Source of the DNA: an uncultured archaeon
GTDB lineage: Archaea > Nanobdellota > Nanobdellia > Pacearchaeales > GW2011-AR1
Assembly (NCBI GenBank): GCA_902385635.1
Contig: CABMGN010000002.1
Span: forward strand, 82,092 to 146,091
Direction: 5' to 3'
Length of the DNA stretch: 64,000 nucleotides
Shown: positions 43,561-52,560 of the stretch, piece after piece
Position numbering within the stretch: position 1 is the stretch's first letter
Layout of the letters: the number at the start of each line of letters is the position of its first letter
The notes under the pieces: generated by a model
The model's input: the letters and a program-made list of their open reading frames with translations, nothing else
What the model was told of the DNA's origin: nothing
The model's database searches: none
Position numbers and translations under genes: made by a program

Positions 43561-44361
43561 ATGAGTCAACCATTATTTGAACAATTAGCGAATAAGGGGG
43601 TCTATGAATCTACAAGATTTGCAACACCCACCTCTGAAAGACTACCAAAAGTTTTACAAGCCGAGTTAACTGTCGGGTGTAGCCATAACCATTGTACTTT
43701 TTGTGACTTTTATAGTGGAGTAGATTATAAAACAAAATCTTGGGGAGAGTATGTTGATCATTTAAATCATCTTTGGACAGAAGTAAAAAGAGTACGGTCT
43801 CCTTGGAATTTAGGATTAGAAAGAATATTCATTGAGGGCGGCAATGCTCTAAGCGTACCGACAGAAGAATTGAATCAGTCGATTCAAGCAACAATTGTGA
43901 CATTTGCAGCACATACTGGAAGGTTACCAACAAGATTATCTATGTATACAAATACTTTAGATATTCTTAATAAAAGTGTAGAAGAATTAAAACAACTTCA
44001 TTGCGGAGGAATATGCGGGGTAACTCCTTGTTCAATAATGAGGTTTGGAGATAGAAAGGGGTTAGATCTAATCTACTGGGGTATAGAAACTGGAAATGAT
44101 TCTTTATTAAAAGAAGTAAATAAGGGATGGGGAAGAAAAGAACTAGACCGGGCTATTGAAAGAGTAAGAAGTACTAGGACCTCACATTCGAAGCTGAGAG
44201 TTTCTGCATTTGTCATACCCGGACTGGGGGGGGAAAAATTTCAAGATTCACATCGGTATGATACAGTGAGAGTCTTAAATGACCTTGAACCAGATTTTGT
44301 TAACTTTGCGGGAATAGAAGCTTGCCCGGGAACTCCTTATGACAGAAGAATGAAGAAATAA
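43561..44361 (+). CDS. Radical-SAM-like protein (CX4CX2C cluster motif), apparently terminated prematurely by an in-frame TAA
   Basis: GCSHNHCTFCDFY (Cys40/45/48, Elp3-like spacing). IEGGNAL, GIETGND and TIM-barrel-like periodicity. The ORF continues in the same frame after the TAA at 44359-44361. Confidence 0.55.
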   Translation: MSQPLFEQLANKGVYESTRFATPTSERLPKVLQAELTVGCSHNHCTFCDFYSGVDYKTKSWGEYVDHLNHLWTEVKRVRSPWNLGLERIFIEGGNALSVPTEELNQSIQATIVTFAAHTGRLPTRLSMYTNTLDILNKSVEELKQLHCGGICGVTPCSIMRFGDRKGLDLIYWGIETGNDSLLKEVNKGWGRKELDRAIERVRSTRTSHSKLRVSAFVIPGLGGEKFQDSHRYDTVRVLNDLEPDFVNFAGIEACPGTPYDRRMKK

Positions 44362-44421
44362 CTAGAAAACGGCACTAATAGACCGTTAACCCAAAGAGAA
44401 GTTGTTGAACAGACTGCACAG

Positions 44422-44631
44422 ATGATCGAGAAAATAGAATTTCCCACCACTATTAGTTGTTTTTCACCTGAAGAGCAGCCAGTAGGAATAAACCCTCTTC
44501 CAGTAGGCTCCTGTAAAATAAAGAACTATAGAGATGCTCGAGAAATAGCCAGTTTTTTGATGAAAAAAGCAGGCAGGGTGTCAGAAAGAACTCCTATAAA
44601 CTGCGCACATTTGGTAAACAGAATTAAATAG
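44422..44631 (+). CDS. Probable C-terminal continuation of the radical-SAM-like gene (same frame), or an independent 69-aa ORF
   Basis: Same reading frame as 43561-44361. No stop lies between 44362 and 44631. The read-through peptide LENGTNRPLTQREVVEQTAQMIEKIEF looks like the usual post-barrel helix of radical SAM enzymes. Confidence 0.35.
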   Translation: MIEKIEFPTTISCFSPEEQPVGINPLPVGSCKIKNYRDAREIASFLMKKAGRVSERTPINCAHLVNRIK

Positions 44632-44637
44632 TAAGAA

Positions 44638-46683
44638 TTAACCTCTCTCACTAATTCCATTCATTTTTTTAAATTTGATAACATTATCAACAAATCCTTC
44701 AATTTTTTGTTCGTGACTTACAATAATTAGTTGTGCGATGTTTAATTCTTCTAAAACAGATCTCATTTTATCTAACTGTTGTTCTGAAAAACCATCTGTT
44801 GGTTCATCAAGAATAACCAAGTCTTTTGTTTTTATTCTACTTAGGATTGAATTAATAACCTGGTTCAGAGCAAGCCTGTAAGCAAGAGCGACAGCTGTTC
44901 GTTCACCACCAGAAAGATAACTATAATCTAATTCGTAATCCTGCTGCTCGATTATTGGTGTGAAATCGTCGGAAAGTCTAACATTGAAAGAGTCTGAAAC
45001 AAGCATTCCAAACCACTCTGAGAATAATTGAGAGAACTCTGACTTTAGTTTAATCATAACATTCTTCTCTGTAAATGAAATAAAGGGAACAAAATTCTTT
45101 GAGAGCCAGTTTTCTAATTCGATTAGATAATTCAGTTGCTCCTTAATCTCTTCTGTTTTCTTTATTCTATTATTTAACTCTTCTATCTGTCTAGTGTAAA
45201 GCTCTATTTCTTTTCTAATCTCAGCTAACTTTATTTCTGCTGCTCTCTCCTGTCGAAGGGCGTCATCAAGCTCTTTTTGTTTTGAATCAAATAAAGAATC
45301 AAATCTAGAAAGTTCAAATACCATATTGTTAAGAATCTCTAGATGTTGTTTTAGAAGTTCAACATCCTTGCTTATTGACTGATTCATCTTTTCAAGATCA
45401 GAAAGTCTTCGCTCTTTCTCGGGGATGTCTTGTGATCTTATCTTAAGGATTGTTAATTCTTTTAGCTGCTTTTCTTTTAGGACAATATTCCTATCTAAAT
45501 CTATTATTTTTTCAGAAAGACCTTTTTTCTCTGTTGTTAAAAGATCTACTTTTTTTCTGTTTTCTGCTGTTTCAGAGTCAAATTTGTTTACAATGTTTCC
45601 TTTGTGTACCGGACCAACATCTTGTAAACAGGTTGGGCACATATCAATCCTAGAAATCTTATTTTTTGTGTTTTCATTATCCTGATTTTTAGAGTTAAGT
45701 GAATTAATTTCCGAGGACAAGTAGATATTTCTTTCAGCTAGAAAGTTTCTGTCTCTTTTCATGATGTTTAGCTCTTGTTCAAGTTGAGAAACTCTAGTTT
45801 CATCAACAGACATATCTCTTAGTTCTTTAATTTGAACTTGTAGTTGTGAAATTGTCTTGATATTGCTAGTGATTGTTTCATTTTTAGTTAGAATCATTAG
45901 TTTAGATTTCTCAATTTCTTGTTGTATCTTATTTTTCTCTTCTTTTTTCTTAGATATTTCTTCCTTTTCTGATTGTATCTTTTTCCTGTTTTCTGTTTTG
46001 AGGAATCTTTCTTTTTCCAGTAGAATAGAATTTCCTTTTTTGGTTTCAAGTTCTATCTCTTTGGAGAAAACAGATGATCTATCCTGCTCTAGATTGAAGA
46101 TCATTCCCTCTTTGACTCTTCTTTCCTCACGAATTTTAGAAAGAACAAGAGCTGTGTTCTCTAGAATTGTTTTGTATTTGTCTATTCCAAAAACATGTCT
46201 CAAGGTATCTAATCTTATCTCGGGGTCTTCTAGGATTATTTGCTTCATCTCTTCTTGAGGAGTATAAACAGTATATCTGTAGAGAAGATTTTGCTTTTTT
46301 GCAAACTCTTTAGGGTAGTTTAGAATCTCTAGAATAAAATTCTTTGACTCTGTAACAGATAACTCTCGTGTTTCTCTATCCACAGTTATGAAACAGGCTT
46401 CTTGCGAGATTGTTTTCTTTCTTCTAAGGGTTCTTTCTACTTTTACATCTATTCCATCTACTTCAAACTCAATAATAACATACCCTTCATCCTCGCTATT
46501 TCTTAACAATCCTGTTCCTCTTTGTCCGGGTTGTAATCCGAATAAAGCAAATTCAATTCCTAAAAGAATAGATGTTTTACCTGAACCAATATCTCCGGAG
46601 AGTAAGGTTGACCCTTCTGGGAAGTCAACTTCCTGATGTTCGTAACTTCTGATATTATGTAAAACTATTTTTTTAATTTTCAT
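44638..46683 (-). CDS. rad50: DNA double-strand break repair ATPase Rad50
   Basis: Walker A GDIGSGKTS, long coiled coils, zinc hook MCPTC, signature LSGGERTAVALA and Walker B LVILDEPTDG. Confidence 0.85.
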   Translation of the reverse strand: MKIKKIVLHNIRSYEHQEVDFPEGSTLLSGDIGSGKTSILLGIEFALFGLQPGQRGTGLLRNSEDEGYVIIEFEVDGIDVKVERTLRRKKTISQEACFITVDRETRELSVTESKNFILEILNYPKEFAKKQNLLYRYTVYTPQEEMKQIILEDPEIRLDTLRHVFGIDKYKTILENTALVLSKIREERRVKEGMIFNLEQDRSSVFSKEIELETKKGNSILLEKERFLKTENRKKIQSEKEEISKKKEEKNKIQQEIEKSKLMILTKNETITSNIKTISQLQVQIKELRDMSVDETRVSQLEQELNIMKRDRNFLAERNIYLSSEINSLNSKNQDNENTKNKISRIDMCPTCLQDVGPVHKGNIVNKFDSETAENRKKVDLLTTEKKGLSEKIIDLDRNIVLKEKQLKELTILKIRSQDIPEKERRLSDLEKMNQSISKDVELLKQHLEILNNMVFELSRFDSLFDSKQKELDDALRQERAAEIKLAEIRKEIELYTRQIEELNNRIKKTEEIKEQLNYLIELENWLSKNFVPFISFTEKNVMIKLKSEFSQLFSEWFGMLVSDSFNVRLSDDFTPIIEQQDYELDYSYLSGGERTAVALAYRLALNQVINSILSRIKTKDLVILDEPTDGFSEQQLDKMRSVLEELNIAQLIIVSHEQKIEGFVDNVIKFKKMNGISERG

Positions 46684-46684
46684 C

Positions 46685-47866
46685 TTAAAATTTCAAAATC
46701 TTTTTAGTTTCTTCAACTAACCTCATTGAGAAAGTTTCATTTTTTTCACCTTCCATTTTTTCTAGGGTGAGGGTTGACATAAGTTGAGGAATTATCTCAT
46801 TGAAATCTGAAGGGTTTTTTTCAGAATAAACCTTTATGGATTCTTCTTCTACATTTTCTGAAGATTTTATTTCAATTTCCAGTTCAACTTCTTTTGTAGT
46901 TAGATCGTGAGTATTTCTTAGCAAGAAGTAAGCTCCTTTATTTTTTACAAAGTCTTCAATTTGAGCAAATTTTATATCTGAGATAGATCCGTTTTCAATC
47001 TCTCCAGAAATTCGGATAAGAACTATTTTATCTTCTATATCTTTTTTTTCTAATTCTGCAAGAATTTTATCTGTTGCTGCCGAGGCGTCATTCACAGCGA
47101 TCTCAAAAGAGACAACATCCTTTATTTTCAGTTCTACTTTCTCCAGAACCTGTCCCTGATTTGTTTTTGTATCAACAATATAAAAACTACCCCATTTTAG
47201 GTCTTCTAATTCTTGGAAGTTATTTGGAAATACCGGGCCGGGATAAACAAAGTTCTCGTACTGAAAGTCTATGTGTAAGTGTCCGAGGGCGTAATAATCT
47301 GCGGGAGGTAGAAAAACAGCTTCTATAGAATCCATAGGGATTGATCCTACTGCCTTGTCTAGTGTTGTGTGAAGCATGAATATTTTGAATAGACCTGGAG
47401 CGTCATTAAATTTTATTTTTCTTAAGTCCTGAATCTCTAAGCCTGACTTTTTCCCGGGATATCCGTAGATTGCAACTTCTTTATAGACTGTTGGATTCAA
47501 AGTAATTCTATCTTCAACTTCCTTATACTCTGCATTTGTTACATTCTTACAGAAACCAGCCCGTTCAAGAACGTCTAGGAAAGTTTTACCTGAAACAGAG
47601 TAATCATGTGAGCCGGCTATAAGAAACACAGGTATTCTTGCGTCTTTCAATCTTTTGAATTCTGAAAATGTTTCTTTTAAAATTTCAATCGGAGGATACG
47701 CAGAGTCAAAGAGGTCTCCTGCGATTAACACGAAGTCCAGGTTTGATTTTATGCAGGTGTCTACAGCCATTCTGAATGATGCAAAGTTCAAATCTTGCAT
47801 TGGCTGCTGTTTCCATCCTCCCAAGTGTACATCAGAAATATGTGCGAATCTAACCATAAAAATCAA
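46685..47866 (-). CDS. mre11: DNA double-strand break repair nuclease Mre11
   Basis: Phosphoesterase motifs HISDVHLG, AGDLFD, IAGSHD, MLHT and GHLH. It lies 1 nt upstream of rad50. The true start may be the MVRFAH Met at 47857. Confidence 0.85.
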   Translation of the reverse strand: MIFMVRFAHISDVHLGGWKQQPMQDLNFASFRMAVDTCIKSNLDFVLIAGDLFDSAYPPIEILKETFSEFKRLKDARIPVFLIAGSHDYSVSGKTFLDVLERAGFCKNVTNAEYKEVEDRITLNPTVYKEVAIYGYPGKKSGLEIQDLRKIKFNDAPGLFKIFMLHTTLDKAVGSIPMDSIEAVFLPPADYYALGHLHIDFQYENFVYPGPVFPNNFQELEDLKWGSFYIVDTKTNQGQVLEKVELKIKDVVSFEIAVNDASAATDKILAELEKKDIEDKIVLIRISGEIENGSISDIKFAQIEDFVKNKGAYFLLRNTHDLTTKEVELEIEIKSSENVEEESIKVYSEKNPSDFNEIIPQLMSTLTLEKMEGEKNETFSMRLVEETKKILKF

Positions 47867-47948
47867 GGAGTTAGCGAATATTTAAAGATTGTTGAGGTCG
47901 TGATTAAAGCATATAAATTCTTATAAATCTAGGTGAAATTTTTTATTT

Positions 47949-48299
47949 ATGAGAGTTGTCAGTTGGGTTAAGATTGGTTATACCCCAGAAGGGCAAAACG
48001 CAAGCATGACTAGGTGTTTCTACTTTTGGGGTTTAAGAAGCGTAGCATTACAAAATTTTGACCTTCTGAATAGTTCTGCGGTTAGTTATTCTTTAAGAAC
48101 AGATGATGCTGCCGTAGAAGAAGCGGAAAGAGTCAGAAAGGGTGAACCGGTAGAGGGAGTTTCTAGTGTTCAAAGATTTCCTCAGGATAAAAGAGATATT
48201 ACTCGATTAATAGACGTCTTATCAGATAGTGGAAAAAGTGCCCCGGAACAGTACCAAGCAATGAGGCCGTTAATTGACAGAAGAGGTATTCACGGATAA
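47949..48299 (+). CDS. Hypothetical 116-aa protein (orphan, coding status uncertain)
   Basis: Uninterrupted ORF in an AT-rich genome, with atypical Arg/Ser/Val-rich composition. No motif recognised. Confidence 0.3.
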   Translation: MRVVSWVKIGYTPEGQNASMTRCFYFWGLRSVALQNFDLLNSSAVSYSLRTDDAAVEEAERVRKGEPVEGVSSVQRFPQDKRDITRLIDVLSDSGKSAPEQYQAMRPLIDRRGIHG

Positions 48300-48349
48300 A
48301 TTTATAGTCAATTCATAAGCTTTAAAATCCTTAATTCTTTAGCTATTTA

Positions 48350-49837
48350 ATGAGGTGGAATGTTCTTTTTGGGGGCCCGGCCGGAACAGGACCAAATGTT
48401 CTTACAAACATACTTGGACAGGCCTTAGTTGAGCACGGAAATCATGTCTTTTATTCAAGAGACTATCAAAGTTTGATTCGAGGGGGGCATAATTTTAATG
48501 TTCTGACTTTCTCAAATGAACCTGTTTGGAGTAATGACTCTGAATATGATGTTATTGTTGCTCTAGATGATAACACAGAAAAACTTCACAGAAAAAACCT
48601 GAAGAAGAGTGGAATAATCCTCAAAGGCGAACATACTAACATGTACTTTGCAGGGAGACTTTTCAAATTGTTCTGCCTGGATTTTAAACTACTTGAAGCC
48701 CAGCTAAAAAAACTAGAGAAGAGATTTGATGAAAACCTAAGAGAAGCAAAGAAGGGGTATGATGAAGAGAAGAAAAGCGTCTGTCAGGTAAAGGGACAGA
48801 AACCAGATCATTATTTCATTAATGGAAATCAGGGAATTTCGCGAGGAGCAATAAAGTCAGGCATTGGAGTTTACTATGCATATCCTATGACTCCTGCAAC
48901 ACCTATTCTAAATGAGCTAGCTGCAGAACAGGTTAAGAATAATTTTTCTGTTATTGAACTAGAAAATGAAATTGCAGTTGTAATGGCGGGAATTGGAAGT
49001 TCTGCTACAGGTAAAAAAGTAATGATTGGAACTTCTGGTGGGGGATATGATTTAATGACTGAAGGAATTAGTATGGCTGGAATTACAGAACTCCCGATTG
49101 TTGCTTATTTATCTCAAAGACCTGGGCCAGCTACAGGAGTTGCAACTTATACTGCACAGGGAGATTTAAGACTAGCCTTGAATTCAAGTCATGGAGAGTT
49201 TCCTAGAATTGTTTTAGCTGCAGGAGATCCAAAAGAAGCAGAGGAATTAACAAACCAGTGTTTTTATTTTTCTCAGAAATTCAAGGTTCCTGCAATTATC
49301 CTAGGAGACAAACATCTTGCTGAAAGTTTTTACACAATACACGAGAAAGTTGAGGTAATTCCTGTTCCAAGCACAGTAAGATTAGGGAGATTCAACAGTT
49401 ATGAAAAAGATTCTCAAGGTTGTGCAACAGAAAATCCGGAAATAATTAAAAAGAACATTGAAGCTAGGCTGAAAAAAACAAAAGAAATTGAAAAAGAGTC
49501 AAAGAAATTTCAAAAGTACAAAGTTTACGGAGATAAAAATGCAAAGAAGGTCATTATTGGGTGGGGTTCAACAAAGGGGGCAGTCTTGGATGCAATAAAA
49601 GAAATGAAAAATGTTAAGTTCTTACAAATTTTATACATGGAACCTTTTCCAATTGAAATAAAAAAAGAATTAGATAAGAAAAAGGTAATTCTTGTTGAGA
49701 ATAATTCAACTGCACAACTAGCCGGACTAATCGCAGAGAAAACAGGTATTTTTGTCGAGAATAAAATTCTAAGATATGATGGAAGGCCTTTCTTAGCTGA
49801 TGAATTAAAAAAAGAAATAGAGAAGGAGTTGAAATGA
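48350..49837 (+). CDS. 2-oxoacid:ferredoxin oxidoreductase alpha subunit (fused gamma+alpha domains)
   Basis: N-terminal gamma-type domain FGGPAGTGPNVLTNILGQA...RGGHN, then the alpha domain INGNQGISRGAIKSGIGVYYAYPMTPATPI. Confidence 0.8.
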   Translation: MRWNVLFGGPAGTGPNVLTNILGQALVEHGNHVFYSRDYQSLIRGGHNFNVLTFSNEPVWSNDSEYDVIVALDDNTEKLHRKNLKKSGIILKGEHTNMYFAGRLFKLFCLDFKLLEAQLKKLEKRFDENLREAKKGYDEEKKSVCQVKGQKPDHYFINGNQGISRGAIKSGIGVYYAYPMTPATPILNELAAEQVKNNFSVIELENEIAVVMAGIGSSATGKKVMIGTSGGGYDLMTEGISMAGITELPIVAYLSQRPGPATGVATYTAQGDLRLALNSSHGEFPRIVLAAGDPKEAEELTNQCFYFSQKFKVPAIILGDKHLAESFYTIHEKVEVIPVPSTVRLGRFNSYEKDSQGCATENPEIIKKNIEARLKKTKEIEKESKKFQKYKVYGDKNAKKVIIGWGSTKGAVLDAIKEMKNVKFLQILYMEPFPIEIKKELDKKKVILVENNSTAQLAGLIAEKTGIFVENKILRYDGRPFLADELKKEIEKELK

Positions 49838-50589
49838 AACCAGAACAAATTAAAAAAACATATAATCTTTTTGCAGAAGATTATTATAAAACTAGGAAAG
49901 AAAAAGAAGGGGCTCCTGATTTTTTTAATACAAATCTAGAGATGCCAACAACGCTTAAACTTCTAGGAAATGTAAAAAACAAAAAAATTCTTGATCTCGG
50001 ATGTGGGCCAGGATTTTATTTAAAAATTTTAGCAAATAAAAAAGCAAGAGTTAAGGGGATAGACATTTCTGAGGAGTCAGTAAAAATTGCACGAAAAGAA
50101 AATCCCGATATAGAAATAAAAATTGGAGATGTAACTAAAAAACTTCCGTATAAGGATTCTGAATTTGATATTGTTTTAGCTTCTCTTATCTTAGATCATA
50201 TTGAGGATTGGACTCAGGTTCTTAAAAAAATAAAAAGAGTTCTTAAAAAAGAAGGGATTTTTGTATTTTCAACCTATAATCCTATAACGTATAAAGAAAA
50301 GAAAAAGAAATGGTTCTTCAAAACATTTAGAGAAATTGAAGGATATTTTGATGAAGACTGGAGAAATGAAGAGTGGGAAAGAGAATATGGGATTAGGAAG
50401 ATTGGAAAAATCGGGCACCATCATAAAACTTATGGAACTATTGTAAGATTTTTAGTAAATTCTGGATTTGAGTTAATTGATTATGAAGACTCGTTCCCTA
50501 CAAAAATATCAAAGGAAAAATATCCAGAGTATTATAAAAGGCATTCAAATAAACCTAATTTTTGCACCTGGAAGGTTAAGAAAAAATGA
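49834..50589 (+). CDS. Class I SAM-dependent methyltransferase (Methyltransf_11-like)
   Basis: Motif I ILDLGCGPGFY, post-I KGIDISE and FDIVLASLILDHI. ATGA overlap with both neighbours. Confidence 0.7.
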   Translation: MKPEQIKKTYNLFAEDYYKTRKEKEGAPDFFNTNLEMPTTLKLLGNVKNKKILDLGCGPGFYLKILANKKARVKGIDISEESVKIARKENPDIEIKIGDVTKKLPYKDSEFDIVLASLILDHIEDWTQVLKKIKRVLKKEGIFVFSTYNPITYKEKKKKWFFKTFREIEGYFDEDWRNEEWEREYGIRKIGKIGHHHKTYGTIVRFLVNSGFELIDYEDSFPTKISKEKYPEYYKRHSNKPNFCTWKVKKK

Positions 50590-51164
50590 AAAAAGTATAT
50601 TTAATTCACGCATGGGGTGCAGATTCTGAAGGCGAAACTTATGTTTGGTTAAAAAAAGAGTTAGAGAAGAAAGGAATGAAAGTTTTTGTTTTTGATATGC
50701 CTAATACAAATAATCCGAAGATTGAAGAGTGGGTAAAATATCTTGAAGATAATATCTCTCCTTATGAAATGGGAAAGGATACTTATTTTGTTGGGCACAG
50801 CATTGGATGCCAGACAATTATGAGATTCCTAGATAAACTTCCAAAGCAAATGGAGATAGGTGGTTGCGCATTTATTGCTCCGTGGTTCAATCTAAAAGAC
50901 ACTGCTTACGAAAGAGAGGAAGAGGAAGCGATTGCAGAACCTTGGATTAATAACAAAATGGATTATTCAAGAGTAAAGAGGCACACAAAGAATTTCCTAA
51001 CTATTTTTTCAGATAATGACCCGTGCGTTTCTGTAGATGATGCTAAACTTTTCAAAGAAAGGCTTGGGGCAAAAGTAATAATCCAAAAAAACAAAGGACA
51101 TTTTTTAACAGTTAAAGATTTTGAAGATGCGGGAAAGGAGGTTTTGAAGTTTATAGGAAAATGA
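50586..51164 (+). CDS. Alpha/beta serine hydrolase, YdeN/RBBP9-like
   Basis: VYLIHAWGADSEG, nucleophile elbow VGHSIGC, a late Asp (SDNDPCV) and GHF. Confidence 0.6.
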   Translation: MKKVYLIHAWGADSEGETYVWLKKELEKKGMKVFVFDMPNTNNPKIEEWVKYLEDNISPYEMGKDTYFVGHSIGCQTIMRFLDKLPKQMEIGGCAFIAPWFNLKDTAYEREEEEAIAEPWINNKMDYSRVKRHTKNFLTIFSDNDPCVSVDDAKLFKERLGAKVIIQKNKGHFLTVKDFEDAGKEVLKFIGK

Positions 51165-51946
51165 GCCCACAAAATTTAAACACAAATTGCCCCCCAACAT
51201 GGTGTCCGGGATGTTGGAATTTTCAGATACTGGCAGGTTTCAAAAAATTCTTAGAAACTCAAGATGCAAAAAATTGTGCGATGGTAACCGGTATTGGATG
51301 TGCTGCGAAAATATTTGATTATGTAAATCTAAATGGCCTTAACTCCCTACATGGGAGAGTTCTGCCTGTTTGTCTTGGGTTGAAAGTTGGAAATCCTAAA
51401 CTAAATGTTTTTGGTTTTTCGGGAGACGGAGATGCGTACGCTGAAGGAATGGAACACTTGATTCATGCTGCGAGATATAACTCAAACATAAAGTACCTAG
51501 TTCATAACAATCAGGTTTTTGCTCTGACTGTTGGACAGCCAACCCCTACAACAGAGACTGGTTTTTCAGATAAGACAACCCCTCTAGGAGTAAAGTTGCC
51601 CCCCATAAATCCTCTAAAAATAATGTTGGCTGCAGGTTGTGGTTTTGTTGCAAGAGTATTTGCAGATGTAAAACAAGTGGATGCTGTCTTGAAAGAAGCA
51701 ATGAGTCATAAAGGATTTTGTTTCATTGAAGTTATACAACCGTGCTTGATTTTCCATCCAGATACTGGCTATAAAGAAAAAACATATAACATACAGGAAT
51801 CAGGACACGATAAAACAAACTTTACAGAAGCTATGAGGCTTGCAGAACAGTTTGATTATTCTGGAATAAAGTCAGACACGAGAATTCCTCTAGGAATCTT
51901 TTATCAGAAAGAGAAACCCGTTTTTGAAGAACAACTAAAGAGATAA
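51161..51946 (+). CDS. 2-oxoacid:ferredoxin oxidoreductase beta subunit (TPP-binding)
   Basis: WCPGCWNF, GIGCAAK and the TPP/Mg motif GDGDAYAEG...NNQVFALT. Confidence 0.8.
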   Translation: MSPQNLNTNCPPTWCPGCWNFQILAGFKKFLETQDAKNCAMVTGIGCAAKIFDYVNLNGLNSLHGRVLPVCLGLKVGNPKLNVFGFSGDGDAYAEGMEHLIHAARYNSNIKYLVHNNQVFALTVGQPTPTTETGFSDKTTPLGVKLPPINPLKIMLAAGCGFVARVFADVKQVDAVLKEAMSHKGFCFIEVIQPCLIFHPDTGYKEKTYNIQESGHDKTNFTEAMRLAEQFDYSGIKSDTRIPLGIFYQKEKPVFEEQLKR

Positions 51947-52483
51947 TTCCCAAACAACTAACTCTTCAAAGAATAATTTTTTCTTGGCTAATACCTTCTT
52001 ATTATATTTACTCCAATTTATTCCGCTTGTTAGAGAGCTAGTTAGTAAAAATATTTTCCCATCTGGATTAAGGTGATTTTTAGCGTCCTTTAAGAATTCT
52101 TTAACTACCTCACTTCCGCTTTTTCCTCCGGTTGTTGCTAATCTAGATCCTTTCGGTTCACGTGCATCTTCAGGTAGATAAGGAGGATTAAAAAAAATAA
52201 GATCATACTTTTTGTTCAGTTTATCAAAAAGATTTGAGTGAATTACCTTTGAATGCTTAAACTTTTCTTTTAAAAATTTAAATGCATCTGGATTTATGTC
52301 TGTTAGGGTTATATGTTTTGGATGAACACCTAAAGAAAGGAGTGTTTCAACTTGGAACCCGGATCCAGAGCCAATTTCAAGAATTTTCGGATTGGGGTTT
52401 TTTTTAAGAATCTTCGGAACTTCCTTTTTCAGGACATCAGAAAGCAAAAAAGAATCCTCTTCTGGAAAGTAAATCTCAGGCAT
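51935..52483 (-). CDS. HemK/Mtq2-like N5-glutamine (release factor) methyltransferase
   Basis: IYFPEEDSFLL N-terminus (compare YEPAEDSFLL), motif I ILEIGSGSGF and catalytic FFNPPYLP. Confidence 0.65.
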   Translation of the reverse strand: MPEIYFPEEDSFLLSDVLKKEVPKILKKNPNPKILEIGSGSGFQVETLLSLGVHPKHITLTDINPDAFKFLKEKFKHSKVIHSNLFDKLNKKYDLIFFNPPYLPEDAREPKGSRLATTGGKSGSEVVKEFLKDAKNHLNPDGKIFLLTSSLTSGINWSKYNKKVLAKKKLFFEELVVWELSL

Positions 52484-52560
52484 TTCTTAGTAAGAAAACA
52501 AAAGGTAATAAATGTTTTGATAGCAAGAAATTTTATAAAACCAGGAACACTTCTCTTTTC

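Noticed and set aside
45425-46636. Four plus-strand ORFs inside rad50 (45425-45685, 45450-45653, 45857-46258, 46388-46636)
   Set aside because: They are shadow ORFs of the Lys/Glu-rich coiled-coil coding region. An AAG/GAA-rich sense strand gives a stop-poor antisense strand. The products are Ser/Phe/Leu-rich low-complexity strings.
47949-48299. RNase P RNA-like motifs (GCGGAAAGAGTCAG; AAGGGTGAACCGGTAG; GGAACAGTACC) in a GC-richer stretch
   Set aside because: The candidate CR-I and CR-V segments are not complementary, so helix P4 cannot form. No terminal P1 pairing was found, and the region carries an uninterrupted 116-codon ORF. It is kept as a low-confidence orphan CDS. cmsearch with the RNase P models would settle the question.
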